DNA of 64,000 nucleotides from Lepidodermella squamata (taxonomy: Eukaryota > Animalia > Gastrotricha), in contig JBLDXI010000055.1 in assembly GCA_047495785.1 (NCBI GenBank), positions 1-64,000 on the forward strand, written 5' to 3'. Below are positions 36,292-47,816 of this stretch, piece by piece. Both the position numbers and the translations under genes were made by a program. The stretch's first letter is position 1. Every line of letters starts with the position of its first letter. A model generated the notes under the pieces. That model was not told the origin of the DNA, did not search any database, and saw only the letters and a program-made list of their open reading frames with translations.

Positions 36292-39200
36292 ATGAATGTC
36301 GCAAGTGGTATTTACTGCGGAGAGTTTTCGTTCTGTGCCAAATGCGAAAAATGCATCTGCCGCCGATTTATCAAAGATGTCGAGGATTGGTTCTCAACCA
36401 TGACTTACCAGCAAAAGTTGGCGTTTTTTCTCGGCCTTTTCAAGCGATGCAGCACAACTATGGTCAGCTGCCTTCTATCGACAATACGATTGAGTGATGG
36501 CAAAGAACGTTATTACAGCATGTCAAAAACGAACCCGAATTTGGACGATATGAATGAACCACCTCTTCGGAACACTTTTGGCGCTCAGGACTTGAACATG
36601 TCAATGATCAGTGTATTCTTGGAGTTCCTGACGTTCACCGACTATCAGAAAAAGATGGTTGTACTACATTTCTTCAAAATGTCCGATGACCGCCTTCTTG
36701 CTAATCTTGCAAGTCAAATGCACAATATTATTCACGAAGAAGGTTTGTCTGATCAACCGAGTGGATCAGAAGGTACTAGTGAAACTGAAAGTGGCGGCGA
36801 AATAGACCATATTGACTCGAAGAAAGATGACACCTCTAAGCTCGATGAGGTGCACAATGCAGATCCGGTTAGCAATTATGAAAGTGAAGACGATGGCTTT
36901 GCTGTAGAAGAAACCCAAGCTGTAAGCGTTGCTCCGAAAAGTCCGAGATCTTCTTCAGCTAAAGCCAAGAAAAAACAAGGCAGCATACCTATTTTCAATC
37001 AAAAAGCTGGTAAAGATTTCATATCGGCAATGCCTGTTGGAATCGCGAAACGGATTTTTGGATTTCTTGACAAGGTTTGTTATCACCTAACTTTCGATTT
37101 TAGAGTAAAAATGTCAAATATTTACAGTCATCCATCGCGAACTGTTTATGCGTTTCTTCAGTCTGGCGTCAGTTGGCCGAAGAAGTTCGAGCCGAAATTC
37201 AAGTTCAGTCTGAAGTCACCGAAAGCGTTAAGCTGATGCAGGTAATTTTTAGATTATAATGTTATAAGCTCAATACAAATTTACTTTTCGGGCGTGAATA
37301 ACCATTATTAACGAATTTTTTTTGTTCCATTTGCTTTCGTAATTCATTGCAGATGAGAAAGGTAAATTGCATGAGACATAGAAATGTGATGTATCCGGAA
37401 TAATCGTTCGTACGTTAAAAATTGTCTGTTTCGCACTTGAAGCCGCGTGCGAATCCTATGCGGAAAAAGTCTGTTACTGCGTTGCTAGATGATGGCCTTG
37501 CTCGAAGCTCATTCGAGATTTGCTCGCTACAATTAGCCGGCAGTGTTCGTTGATTTTGTAAAAGCGTTTTACCCTCGATTAGCAGCCCCTTATTAAACTA
37601 AGCCTTCTTATGATTTCTGCGTTGGTTATACGGTTTATTTTCAACTCAATTCGTAGCTCCACTTTTGATTTTTGTTTGAGTTGATGAAATCAAGTGCCCG
37701 AAAAATATTAGAACCCTGTTAGGTTGTCGTCTAATTTCACTATGTTGTCTATCCCTTGTAGGTGACAGCTATGGTAAGTGCGGAGTCACAATCGCTTTTA
37801 TCGCCTATTGAAACATTGTGCTGTTTGCGAAATTAACCTGATGCTTTTTATGTCATTTGCTGTTTCGCGTACTTTGCGCTTTATTTTGAACTTATTTAAT
37901 TTACGTTTCCGCCATACGTTTTCGGTCTAGGGGACAACAGGACAGTTGTGCAATCCGCGTTACGCTCGCTTCACAGACGTCATGGTGCCAAATTACAATT
38001 ACGACACAGGAATCTGTATAACCGATCCGCACCCAAAGCAGTTCGACGCCGACAACGCCCCAATTTACGCGTCGGCCTACTCGGGCATTTCAACGCGAAA
38101 AGTCATCATGGAAGAGCGGAATGTCTACTGCGGACCCTTCAATGTTATGGTTGTTCACGACCAGTAAGTCCGTGGTAATCAAATATCGGAGGTAATATTG
38201 GTAATTATAGGACTGATAAACATCGAGTAATTCATAACGATGGTGGAAAGTTGATAGCGACTGGCTCAAGAGATCGCAAAATTACTCTTCATGATTTGAC
38301 AACGGGCCAGGAGTTGGATCAAGTTCTCGAGGGCCACTCAGGCTCAGTTCGTTGTATTAGAATATCACTGGCTGACAATTTAGTCTTCAGCGGTTCTTAC
38401 GACACGGGCGTTCGCGTTTGGGACCTTAAGAGCGGCAAATTTACGAAAACTTTCAACGGCCATCAAGCAACCGTACTTTGCCTTGGCTACGAAAACCATT
38501 TAATCGTATCCGGCAGTGTTGATCGAACTTGCCGCGTTTGGAGTTTGAAGTCAATGCGCTGTATTCGTAAATTCTACCACAGATCTGCTGTCACCGCTGT
38601 TGCTATTCGAACCGCTTATATGGAGGAGCGAATCGTCAGCGGTGACATAAAGGGTAGAATAAAGGTGTGGAATCTGCGAACTGGCCGTTTAATCAAAGTT
38701 TTGCACGGCCATTCTGATGAAGTTACAACACTGGACCTCGACAGATGGTTCATAGTTAGCGGGGCTAAAGATAACTACGTCATGGGCTGGTCTAACCAGG
38801 GCGATCACAGGCGATGCCTTTTCGCGTTCGCTCATCCAAAGTAAGATCGATAAGGATTACCTATTTATTCCATTAAATTAATTTTCCCAACAGCCACGTC
38901 TTATCTGTCTCCATTCGCTATTTACGCGTGATTTCGGGCTGTGCCGATGGGCGAATTCGAATTTGGAGTGCTGTTAATGGCAACTGCGTGAAAGTGCTGC
39001 GGGGTAACAGCCGAAACGACGCTATATACTCACTTGACTGCCACGAAAATCTGATGACAATCAACACGGAATCTAACGTTATCGCCCTTAAATTCGAACC
39101 AGTCAAGTTCAACTACACAACCTCAGAGTTATACCTGCCGAATTCGTCGTTGAAAGCTAAGAACCAAATGGCGATTCAGGCGTCAGATTCTGAGCAGTAT

Positions 39201-42200
39201 GACAGCAATGGCGAAATGTTGGGCGGCCGGCAGTCGCGGCCTCACTCGGCGGTTCGAGCCACTCGAATGCACATCCTGAAACGAGCGAGTCGAGAAATCA
39301 CGTCGGGATCGCGTCGGCCTTCTTCGTCAAAGTCGCGAACTTCATCGCGCCATTCGCAATCGCCGTCCAATGTCACGACTCCACGCGCCTTAAGCCGAAA
39401 ATCGGCATCAAGAGAACGTAAGATCCATTTTCTATCGAATATTTTTCAATAATGACAATTCCGACTCATAACTGATCTAAATCTATGTTTAATCGTTAGG
39501 TCTCGAATCCAGAACGATGGTTCGCGCGTCTAGCTTGACGTCGCTCAAATCAGCAGGTACGTCGAAGAGCGCAAGCCGGCCGAATACATCTCCTGAAAAG
39601 AGTAGACATAAGCGGCGGCCGCGAACCAGCAAAACCCGATCATCCGCCTCTTCCAGGCGTGGCCTGCGGCGAACCACCGCTGACTACGACGAGGCGACCT
39701 ACGCGCCAGACCCGAGCAGCATCGGCGCATCGCTCGACCACCGCTGCTACCCGTTGCGGCACTGCGACATTGAGGCGGCTAGGCGAATTCAAGCCGCCGC
39801 GACTTTGCCGCCTTGGCGCAAGGAACTCGCGGATGAAATTCTGTTTGACGTTCGCGAGCAGCATAGGCGGTTGGTTGAAAAGCGGCGGGCGATTCGCGAG
39901 GCGAAGGCGGATAAACAGCGTTTAGAACGCCAGGCCGCCGCCGAAGCAGCTGCGTTAGCTCGGCTCGATTCAACGGGTGATGAAGACGAAGACGGGGATT
40001 TTACGCCGGCTCAGCGCGCGGAGAATGCAAGAGCGGCCGAGGCTGAGAAGGGCCAGCTGCGGCGAATGACGTGGTCTTTCCACCGCGCCCATGTCACATC
40101 GGCATCAACGTACGCCTCGACGAATGAGCCGCCTAATTTGGCATCGGATGATGACGATAAACCGGCTAAATTGGTGGCAGTTCCTCAGCCGCCGCCGCTT
40201 CCGGCTGCTCAGTCGGACTTTCGCCGGGCTTTAATACCCGGCGCCCAGCCGCCTGCGATTCCGTTCGTGCGAGTTGCTGTTGCTGAAACAATGCGCCAAG
40301 ATCGAGGTAAAACTTGTCTGAATTTCGAAATAATTTTCTGTCTTACCTTCGGTTTGACATGCCAAATTCCCTCCAACCATCCCCATCTCCCCAGGAGTTA
40401 TAACATCAGAAATAATTCGCACTATAATAGCTAATCAGCAAGATGAGATATAGTAACTGGTTCGTATTGTACCAATTTGAACATTTTCAGAGCTTTTCGT
40501 AATGCGAATAATTTCTGATTTTTGATTTTTCAAGATTTATTACAGGACTTCTCAACCCCCAAAATGGTTTCAAATTTACTTATATTTTCATCAATTCGAA
40601 CAACTGAATACCAGCTAAAATTGCCGACCTTTGGAGCTTAATGAGGGCATTATCTCACGCTAGTAAAAAAGTTTGCCATTTCTTTCTGAAGCAGTAATTT
40701 TGGCGTGAAAAATGGAATGGCAAGCCTGAACTTACCTGAACGAGCTGGAAATCTAGTTCATATTCAATAATTTAGAAAATTGATCCAGTTGAGAATGCTT
40801 CTCTATTCAAGTGTGCAAGCTAAAATCGAACATTTTTCAAATTGAATCAGAATTGGTCGGCGCCCCCGCGATCCCCTAAGCGAACCCCACGAGTGACTAA
40901 GCGAACCCCGCTAAAGTGACCCCCTTTGAGAAGCCCTGGTTTGAAAAGTCAAAAATTTCCGGATTTATTTTCTTTCGATAATCTTAACTTCAAATGAGAG
41001 ATTGTTGTTGTTCTTTTGTTCGTTATTTTAATCCGATGTAATTCCTGGAAATAGTGACGTTTCTAGAGAATCCTGCAAAGCGAATCCAAAGCAAGTGATT
41101 ACGAACCCTGTTAATCAGAATTGTTAATTTTCCCTGTAACTTTTCTGTTTCAATCTCCCTTTTCTTCCGTGAACTTCAATTCTACTTGAACTCAACTGAG
41201 AACATTTTTATTCGAGACAGAAATGGTCAATTAATGAGGTGAAAAATCTGTCTCCGCAGAGGCTTCTAAACCCCTTGATTAGAAGAATGATTTTTTCATC
41301 GATGTAGTATTACCAGTCAAGCTTTTCATGATTTTTAACTTCTGATTTCTTTTTTATTAGGCGAGGTAACGAAAGAACCTCCATTGAAACTCGTGCCCTT
41401 GACCCCAGCCGGGGTGCCGGTCCGCCATGGCTCGGTAGGCCAGCAAGACAAACCGCCAGTAACCACGCTGGTCGGCTTGAAACACGCTGCGGCGAAGCAG
41501 CTTTCCATCGACGCTCTAAAACAGCAAAATCGAAATCAAGCAGCGAGCGATCAAAAGCCGATTTCATCTGCGCAGAAATTACGAAAATTACTACTCGAGC
41601 ATAAGAAGGAAAGCGAGTTGAAAGCCAGGGGTACAACCGCATTCGGAAAATCGGATGAAGAAACGCTTACGCCCGAGGAGCAAGCTGCTCAAGAACGTGC
41701 CAAAATTTTAGAATTTGCAGCCGAAATCGAACGTGGCGGTTGGCAGGACATGCGAATGGTGAAACATACGGAAAAACTTCCTGTTCGGAAACTGATCAGA
41801 CCATCGCCGGTGCCGCAAACTGTTTTCAAAGAAAACATAACCACGTCGATTCCTAAACCTACTGACTTTGAAATAGTTGTAGCAAGCCGTCGAACGAAGT
41901 CTAGTTCAGCAAAAACAACTAGACTGCGCGTGGACAGTGATCAAAAGCGGCCAATATCAGCTGCTATCGATTCAAAATCGATCGAACCAGTCATGCGTGT
42001 CCCTAATTTCGATTCATTGATGCAGGGTGTTCACAGTAAGGTGGAATCAATCAAAAGCGCCCAGGCTCATGAGGCGTTGAAAATTGCTGACTCTAGGTTC
42101 GATTATCGCAATGAAGACAGACCTTCGACGGCAATCGGAGCGTCGTACTCTGGCCCGAAGCCTTTGGTCTTGAATAGCCCGGCCGTTTACGAGCAACAAA

Positions 42201-42340
42201 CCGTGGAAATGGTGCAGCGGAATGCGCGCGAGCAACTTGTCAAACAACGGCGATTGGAGGCGTGGCAGCGGAAGAAATGGGCCCTGCTTGCCACGGGCCA
42301 ACTGCCGCCGAATCAGCTACACAGGCCTGGCGATACTTGA
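36292..42340 (+). CDS. FBXW10: F-box/WD-repeat protein 10 (FBXW10/CDRT1)-like
   Basis: N-terminal CAKCEKC...DWF...FFLGL, F-box (DFISAMPVGIAKRIFGFLDK...VSSVWRQL), MEERNVYCGPFNV, WD40 repeats and a long basic tail. Exons 36292-37074, 37128-37241, 37931-38163, 38211-38840, 38894-39417, 39500-40306 and 41361-42340. Confidence 0.82.
40543..40938. mobile_element. hAT (Charlie-like) MITE relic in an FBXW10 intron
   Basis: Terminal inverted repeats CAGGACTTCTCAA ... TTGAGAAGCCCTG (12/13 match) and a subterminal CTAAGCGAACCCC direct repeat. The 8-bp flanks are only half identical, so the insertion is old. Confidence 0.6.
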
Positions 42341-42813
42341 AGCTGCTCAATTTTATCGCCACTGATTAAAAAAATCTAACACATTCGACTAACTTAACTT
42401 TTTTTGCGATATTTTTGGTGCATCTCCTATGATTGTATTACTCACAGTGATATTTTATATCAAAACGATCATGAATAATCAAATTCTACTCATCTGCTGG
42501 CTTGCCAAAATAAAATGACATTTATTGGTTCAAGTTTACGTCTTGATCAAGTTCACAAATGCAAACTGAGAAAGCTTTTATGCAAGATCTTTTAATATAC
42601 CGTAATGGGTCTCAAATTTGGACAAACCACTTTTTTAATTGTTAAAAAGTTGGGTTTCGTCCAAAATAACGGAGAAAATTGCCAAAACTTCGCTCGAGGG
42701 AGCTGGACCTAAATCTGAAAATTTAGAAAAATTCGGGATTTCACCATGAATTTTAAGATAGGTTAAGAAACCTCTAAATTTTGACACTTTTCCAAAAAAT
42801 TTAAAATCCAATG

Positions 42814-42963
42814 ATTAGCGGAAAATTATTTAGCGGAATTCATTTTAGCGGAAAATGATCGGAGCGGAATTTTACCTTGGCGAAATTGATATCTGGCGGA
42901 AAAACATTTAGCGAATTTTTCTTTTAGCGGAAATGTTTTAGCGGAAAGCAGGGTAAAAACCGT
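42814..42963. repeat. Array of about 15-bp TTTAGCGGAAA-type repeats (probable MITE subterminal repeats)
   Basis: About nine degenerate (T/G)AGCGGAA or GGCGAAA units at about 15-bp spacing, ending CAGGGTAAAAACCG. Confidence 0.6.
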
Positions 42964-43314
42964 ACATTCAGGTATTTTCGGCTCCGAAAGAAGGGTGGTT
43001 CTTTCGGATTTTCATGGCTAAACTTCTCGAACTCGGGAGGCTCCCTCTTTTCCCCCCATCTGTACACCTTCGCACACTGATTTCCACTGCGTCATAATAA
43101 TTATGTTCGTGAATATGAATGCTATTTTGGTAAATAATGGTATTTTATCCGAGAGAAAAATTCCTCTGAAAAACAGAGTGTACTAGTCGTGCTTTCCCAA
43201 GGCTAGCTGATACCGTTAATTGTGTTATATCGCTCAAATTTTTTTATATAAAATGGACACACTCCACAAGCCATTGCCATAATTGCGAATCTATACTTTA
43301 TAAGTCGCACAACT

Positions 43315-46300
43315 ATGGGTACATTTTTACTGACTGCTATGCTTCTTGGCATGGCTGTTCAGTACTCTACGGCTGTCCTTTACGATTTGATGGCTGTCGC
43401 AGGCGGGAAAACAGTGAAAGCTCCAAGCAGCGGCTCTGTTTATGGCCCATCTGACAGCATGGCATGGAGAATAACGGCTCAAACGGCGTCTAATAATTAC
43501 GCCTGGTAAAAAGCTGCCAACATTGTTATACAGTATGAATTTGTTCGAATCATTTCCAATTTAGCGTAACAGTAGCAAAATTTTATCTGGATGGATATGA
43601 TTCACTATCCATATTCGATGGATATGACTCAACCTACCCCTTGCTCCGGCGTTGGTCATTATCGACTGACAACACGACAAATGAACTTTTGTGTGGCAGC
43701 GGGCGCTATTTGTACATTTGGCTGTCATTCGGAGGCAATAGATACATAGCTGCCTATGACGCAGTTACCTTCAATTACCAAGCGATTAACGTCATAGAGT
43801 ACCAAAGCGATATTGTGTTTCGATATCCAGAATCAGGGTTACTCGCCGCACAAAGCGATGTCAGGTGACCACTCGTGTTTCTATTGAGATTCAATCCAAT
43901 TTTCTTTATTTGAGGTGGCTTTTCAAACCTCAAGGCGTTGGGAATGGCGAGAAAAAATGGTTTGTATCAGTTTGATCTCTACATCAAGTGTTACGTGCAT
44001 GATTTACTTATAGCCTGTATTTTGGTTACATAAAACTTCCCTCGGCTAAGAGTTCAATTACTCTTTACGATGGTAATGACATCACTGGCAATCAGCTATC
44101 ACAGGCATTGTGGAATGTGCCAGTTGGAACGCAAGAATACTGCTCGACAGGCCGTTACATGTTCATGCGATTGGTGACTCGTGAAACAACGGATTCGTCA
44201 GACTCTTTCTTCACTGCATCGTCTTACTCGAGGAACGCCGTGACGGAGCCGCCAACGACAGCAGCGATGACGACAGCTCAGTTCAGCTCAAACTCGTCTA
44301 TGATAATTGCTGATATCCTATTGCCGAATGATAGATTGACTTATCCTGTGCACTCTGGTTATTACGCTCCAAATGAGAACATAGCCTGGCGCTTCGACGC
44401 CTACAGATTCAACGCGCATTCGATGTGGTATGAATATATTTTCTCATAGTATATGTAAGAATTTTTGTATTTGATTTTAACGAATTTAGCATCGACTTCG
44501 ATTGGGTTTACCTAGCTGCGGGCGATTTCCTTACAGTGTACGATTCTTACTACATCGACCCTTCTCGAGTGCTCGTTAGCTACAACTCCTCAAGTGCTCT
44601 TTGGATTGAAGGTTACCTGTTCTGTTCCTCAGGCCGATACATGTTCCTCCACTTCACATCAGACGAGAGATATGAATATTATGGTCTCAACGCTAAATAT
44701 TACACTCGCAGCTGGGCAGAAGTTACAACGGTGCCACCAGCCACAACAGCCACTCCCACACAGAACAATGGCCCGAATATAACCGAGGTATATGCGAAAT
44801 CAGTCAAATACCCACCCCACAGCGGAATGTACGGGCCAGACGAAAATCTTGCTTGGCGCTTCGATGCTAAGCGCTACAACGGTGTTAAAACTTGGTTAGT
44901 CATCAAAATGAATAAATGTGATTCATTATATAAATTTGTTTTCTTATCCAGCATAACTTTTGTGACCGTCAAGCTGAATTACATCGACAATATAACTATT
45001 TTTGATGGATACAGCCATCTAAATACGCAAACCATAGTGAAATTGGTGAAGATCGATGTTGGACCAAGCGTTCGTTGGGAATACTGTTCATCTGGCCGTT
45101 ATTTGTTCCTGCAATTCGAATCGGATGAATTGTTTCACAACTACGGCTTCGAGTTATACGTCGATATTGACGGCACAACAACGCCAGCAACAACCCCTAG
45201 GCCGACCACAGCCATGACCACAACTGCAGCCGTTGGGCCCAATGTCACCGATGTTTACGACAGGCCAGGTGTAGCGATCTCGCACCCTCCTTATGGAGGT
45301 TACTATGGGCCTGATGAAAACTTTGCTTGGCGTCTGGACGCAGCTAGGTTCGGCTACTACAGATCTTGGTAAAGAAATCAGTTTTAAATCACCGCTTCTC
45401 AAATTAAAATATGTTTTGTCAAGTGTTATATTTGACAGAATTATGCTCAACTACATTGATAATGTTACGCTGTATGATGGCTACAACAATGGCAACGCAA
45501 GAATTATCAGGAAATTTTCCAACGAGCGTGTGGATACGTCTTTTAGATGGAAATATTGCTCGAGCGGCCGATATATGTTCATTCAGTTCGAGTCAGATGC
45601 TTATTATCACGACTACGGCTTCAGGCTGTACCCGGACTATGATTACGGATACGACGAGACAACTACACTGCCGACCACAGCGAAAATCACTACGACACCA
45701 GTCGCAACAACAACTCCTCGGCCGATTCTAACTCCCTGGCCACGAGGAGCTGATCTTCTTGGATTCTGGCCTTTGGATAGTCAATCTCGTTTGAACGACG
45801 TCTCCGGTCGCTATCACAACTGTCAGCGTCATTGTGGCGGCTCTCCTAACACAGGCTACTCCGGACCTTTTGGTCAGGGTGCGACTAGCTATATCAGGAG
45901 TAATGGCTCGGATAACATCTTCGACGTTACAGTTCAGCCACAGAATTTCAATAGTCGACGAGCTATGACAGTGAGCATGTTTGTAAAGGTCCCCACTATC
46001 AATTCCGCAACAGGCGGCAACCTACTTAATCTAACCGACGACAACGGCAGGAGCTACTTAAGCTTGGATCTGAAAGCTACCTCAACTTCGGGCTGGCACC
46101 CTCAGCTGGTAATCAGTGGTCAGAACGGCGCGATCGGCACTTATGAAGTCTTCCGTCGGACCGATTGGTCTTTCTTTGCGGTGGTCATCGAAAACGACCA
46201 GTGGTCACCCTGCTTGGTCTCCATCCACGGACCATGGGGTCCCATATACGCTGCCACCTATAAGGCGAAATTCTGCGACAACTTTCACCAAGCCCGGCGG

Positions 46301-47294
46301 GTTGTTGTCGGTTCGGCTTTGCAGACAGATATCGCATTATCTTGTGTTATGGTTTACGATACCGCTCTTCAGACGAACGAGGTGCGTCAGGCATATGAGG
46401 CATGCAGAGCTGCTCATGGTACTGTGCCTTGTGGGGCTCCTCATATTCCTTACCCGCCGATTCCTCAAGCAACTGGCACTGTGCCGAAAAACGGCCAGTT
46501 CCCATGGATAGCGACGATAAGCAACTTGAAGGGTTATAAATGCGGTGGTGTAATCATCGACCCTCTCTTCATTCTGACTTCCGGCAGCTGTGTTAATGGC
46601 GAAAGTGCTTCAGGACTGACAGTCCGAGTTGGGGACTTCAACACTGGTGTTACAGAAACAAACGAGCGGGCTCACGCCGTTCTCGATTTCGTTAAGCATC
46701 CGAAGTACAACAGCACGTTCGCAGATATCGCCCTTATCAAGCTTAGGGATGCAATCAAACTTGAGAATGACTACGTCAATACAGCTTGTCTACCAGATTA
46801 TAGCTTGGCCGAGGGGAACTTCGCGCAAAACGAGACGCATTTCGTATACGGCTGGGGCGCTAATGGCCGTGTGTCGCTAGTGGACGTGAAAACGCCGAGA
46901 TACGCCGCGGGTGGATTGTTTCAGAACGCAAACTGCAAGAATGCTTCCGCTGTGTCTTATAGCGAGATTTTCAACGCATGCTTTCAAAGCAACTTGGAAA
47001 GGATGAGGGACGTTCCGTGCGCCGGTGACGAGGGAAGCCCTGTTATGGCCCCTTCTTCTGACATTCTCGGGAACGACCTCTTGCAAACTGTGAGCTTGAA
47101 TTGCCTTAAAAACCGTCAATTATACATCTTGTTTTCCATAGGTTGCAATCTATTCGCGCCGTAAGGCCAAGTGTCAGGTTGAAGATCCGGCTGTTCTCAC
47201 TATGATTAGTCCTTACGTGAACTGGATTCATCAAACGATCGGATGTTACATACCTGGGCTGAACAGCCCAGCAGTTTGCCCACAGCCGCATTGA
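43315..47294 (+). CDS. Secreted mosaic protein: signal peptide, 5 CUB-like domains with Thr-rich linkers, LamG/pentraxin-like domain and catalytically inactive trypsin-like domain
   Basis: Signal peptide MGTFLLTAMLLGMAVQYSTA, repeated YPP..G.YGPDEN.AWR.DA / ..DN.T.YDG / CSSGRY.F..F.SD units, LLGFWPLD...TVSMFVK...WSFFAVV (LamG-like), and GQFPW..CGGVII..LTSGSC..DIALIKL..CAGDEGSP. Introns at 43506-43564, 43865-43914, 43960-44013, 44428-44489, 44895-44951, 45369-45423 and 47090-47141. Confidence 0.85.
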
Positions 47295-47816
47295 TTTTCT
47301 CAACAATCGAGACGATTCCCGTAGATTGAGGAGAACTATGTTTAGGTTTAGAATGAACCCCGTAAAGGTTATGGCCTATAGTTAATAGAACTGCTTGCGG
47401 TTGGAATAAACTTATAGCTTCTGAGATGCAATGAATAATTTGTGTACACATTTTTGTGATTTTCAAACTTTCAGAGTTTTTCCGTGTTCCAAACAGGTAT
47501 ATAAAATCAGCTGAAATCGAATTCCTGAGTTGCCGTCTGCGTCCATTTAAATTTCGAATCATTCAGTGAATAACATCCTGCAGTCTGAACATCCTGAACA
47601 TCCTGCAGTCTGAATTCGGCTATCATGGTCACGTTTATTTCAACTTTTTTCAAAGAGAGGTATAAATTATAGCAATATCCGCTAGACATGTATGCCGTAA
47701 AAGAATAAATATTATGAACAAATTCGCTTTGAAGGTACAACTTCTGAAATACGGCGGCTTTTTGCGTAAACACGTTGTGGTGTGAAATACCGCGAGATGC
47801 GTAGCTCAGCGTCAAG

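Noticed and set aside
42814-42963. CRISPR-like repeat-spacer appearance
   Set aside because: The units are about 15 bp with no unique spacers, the context is eukaryotic, and there are no cas genes.
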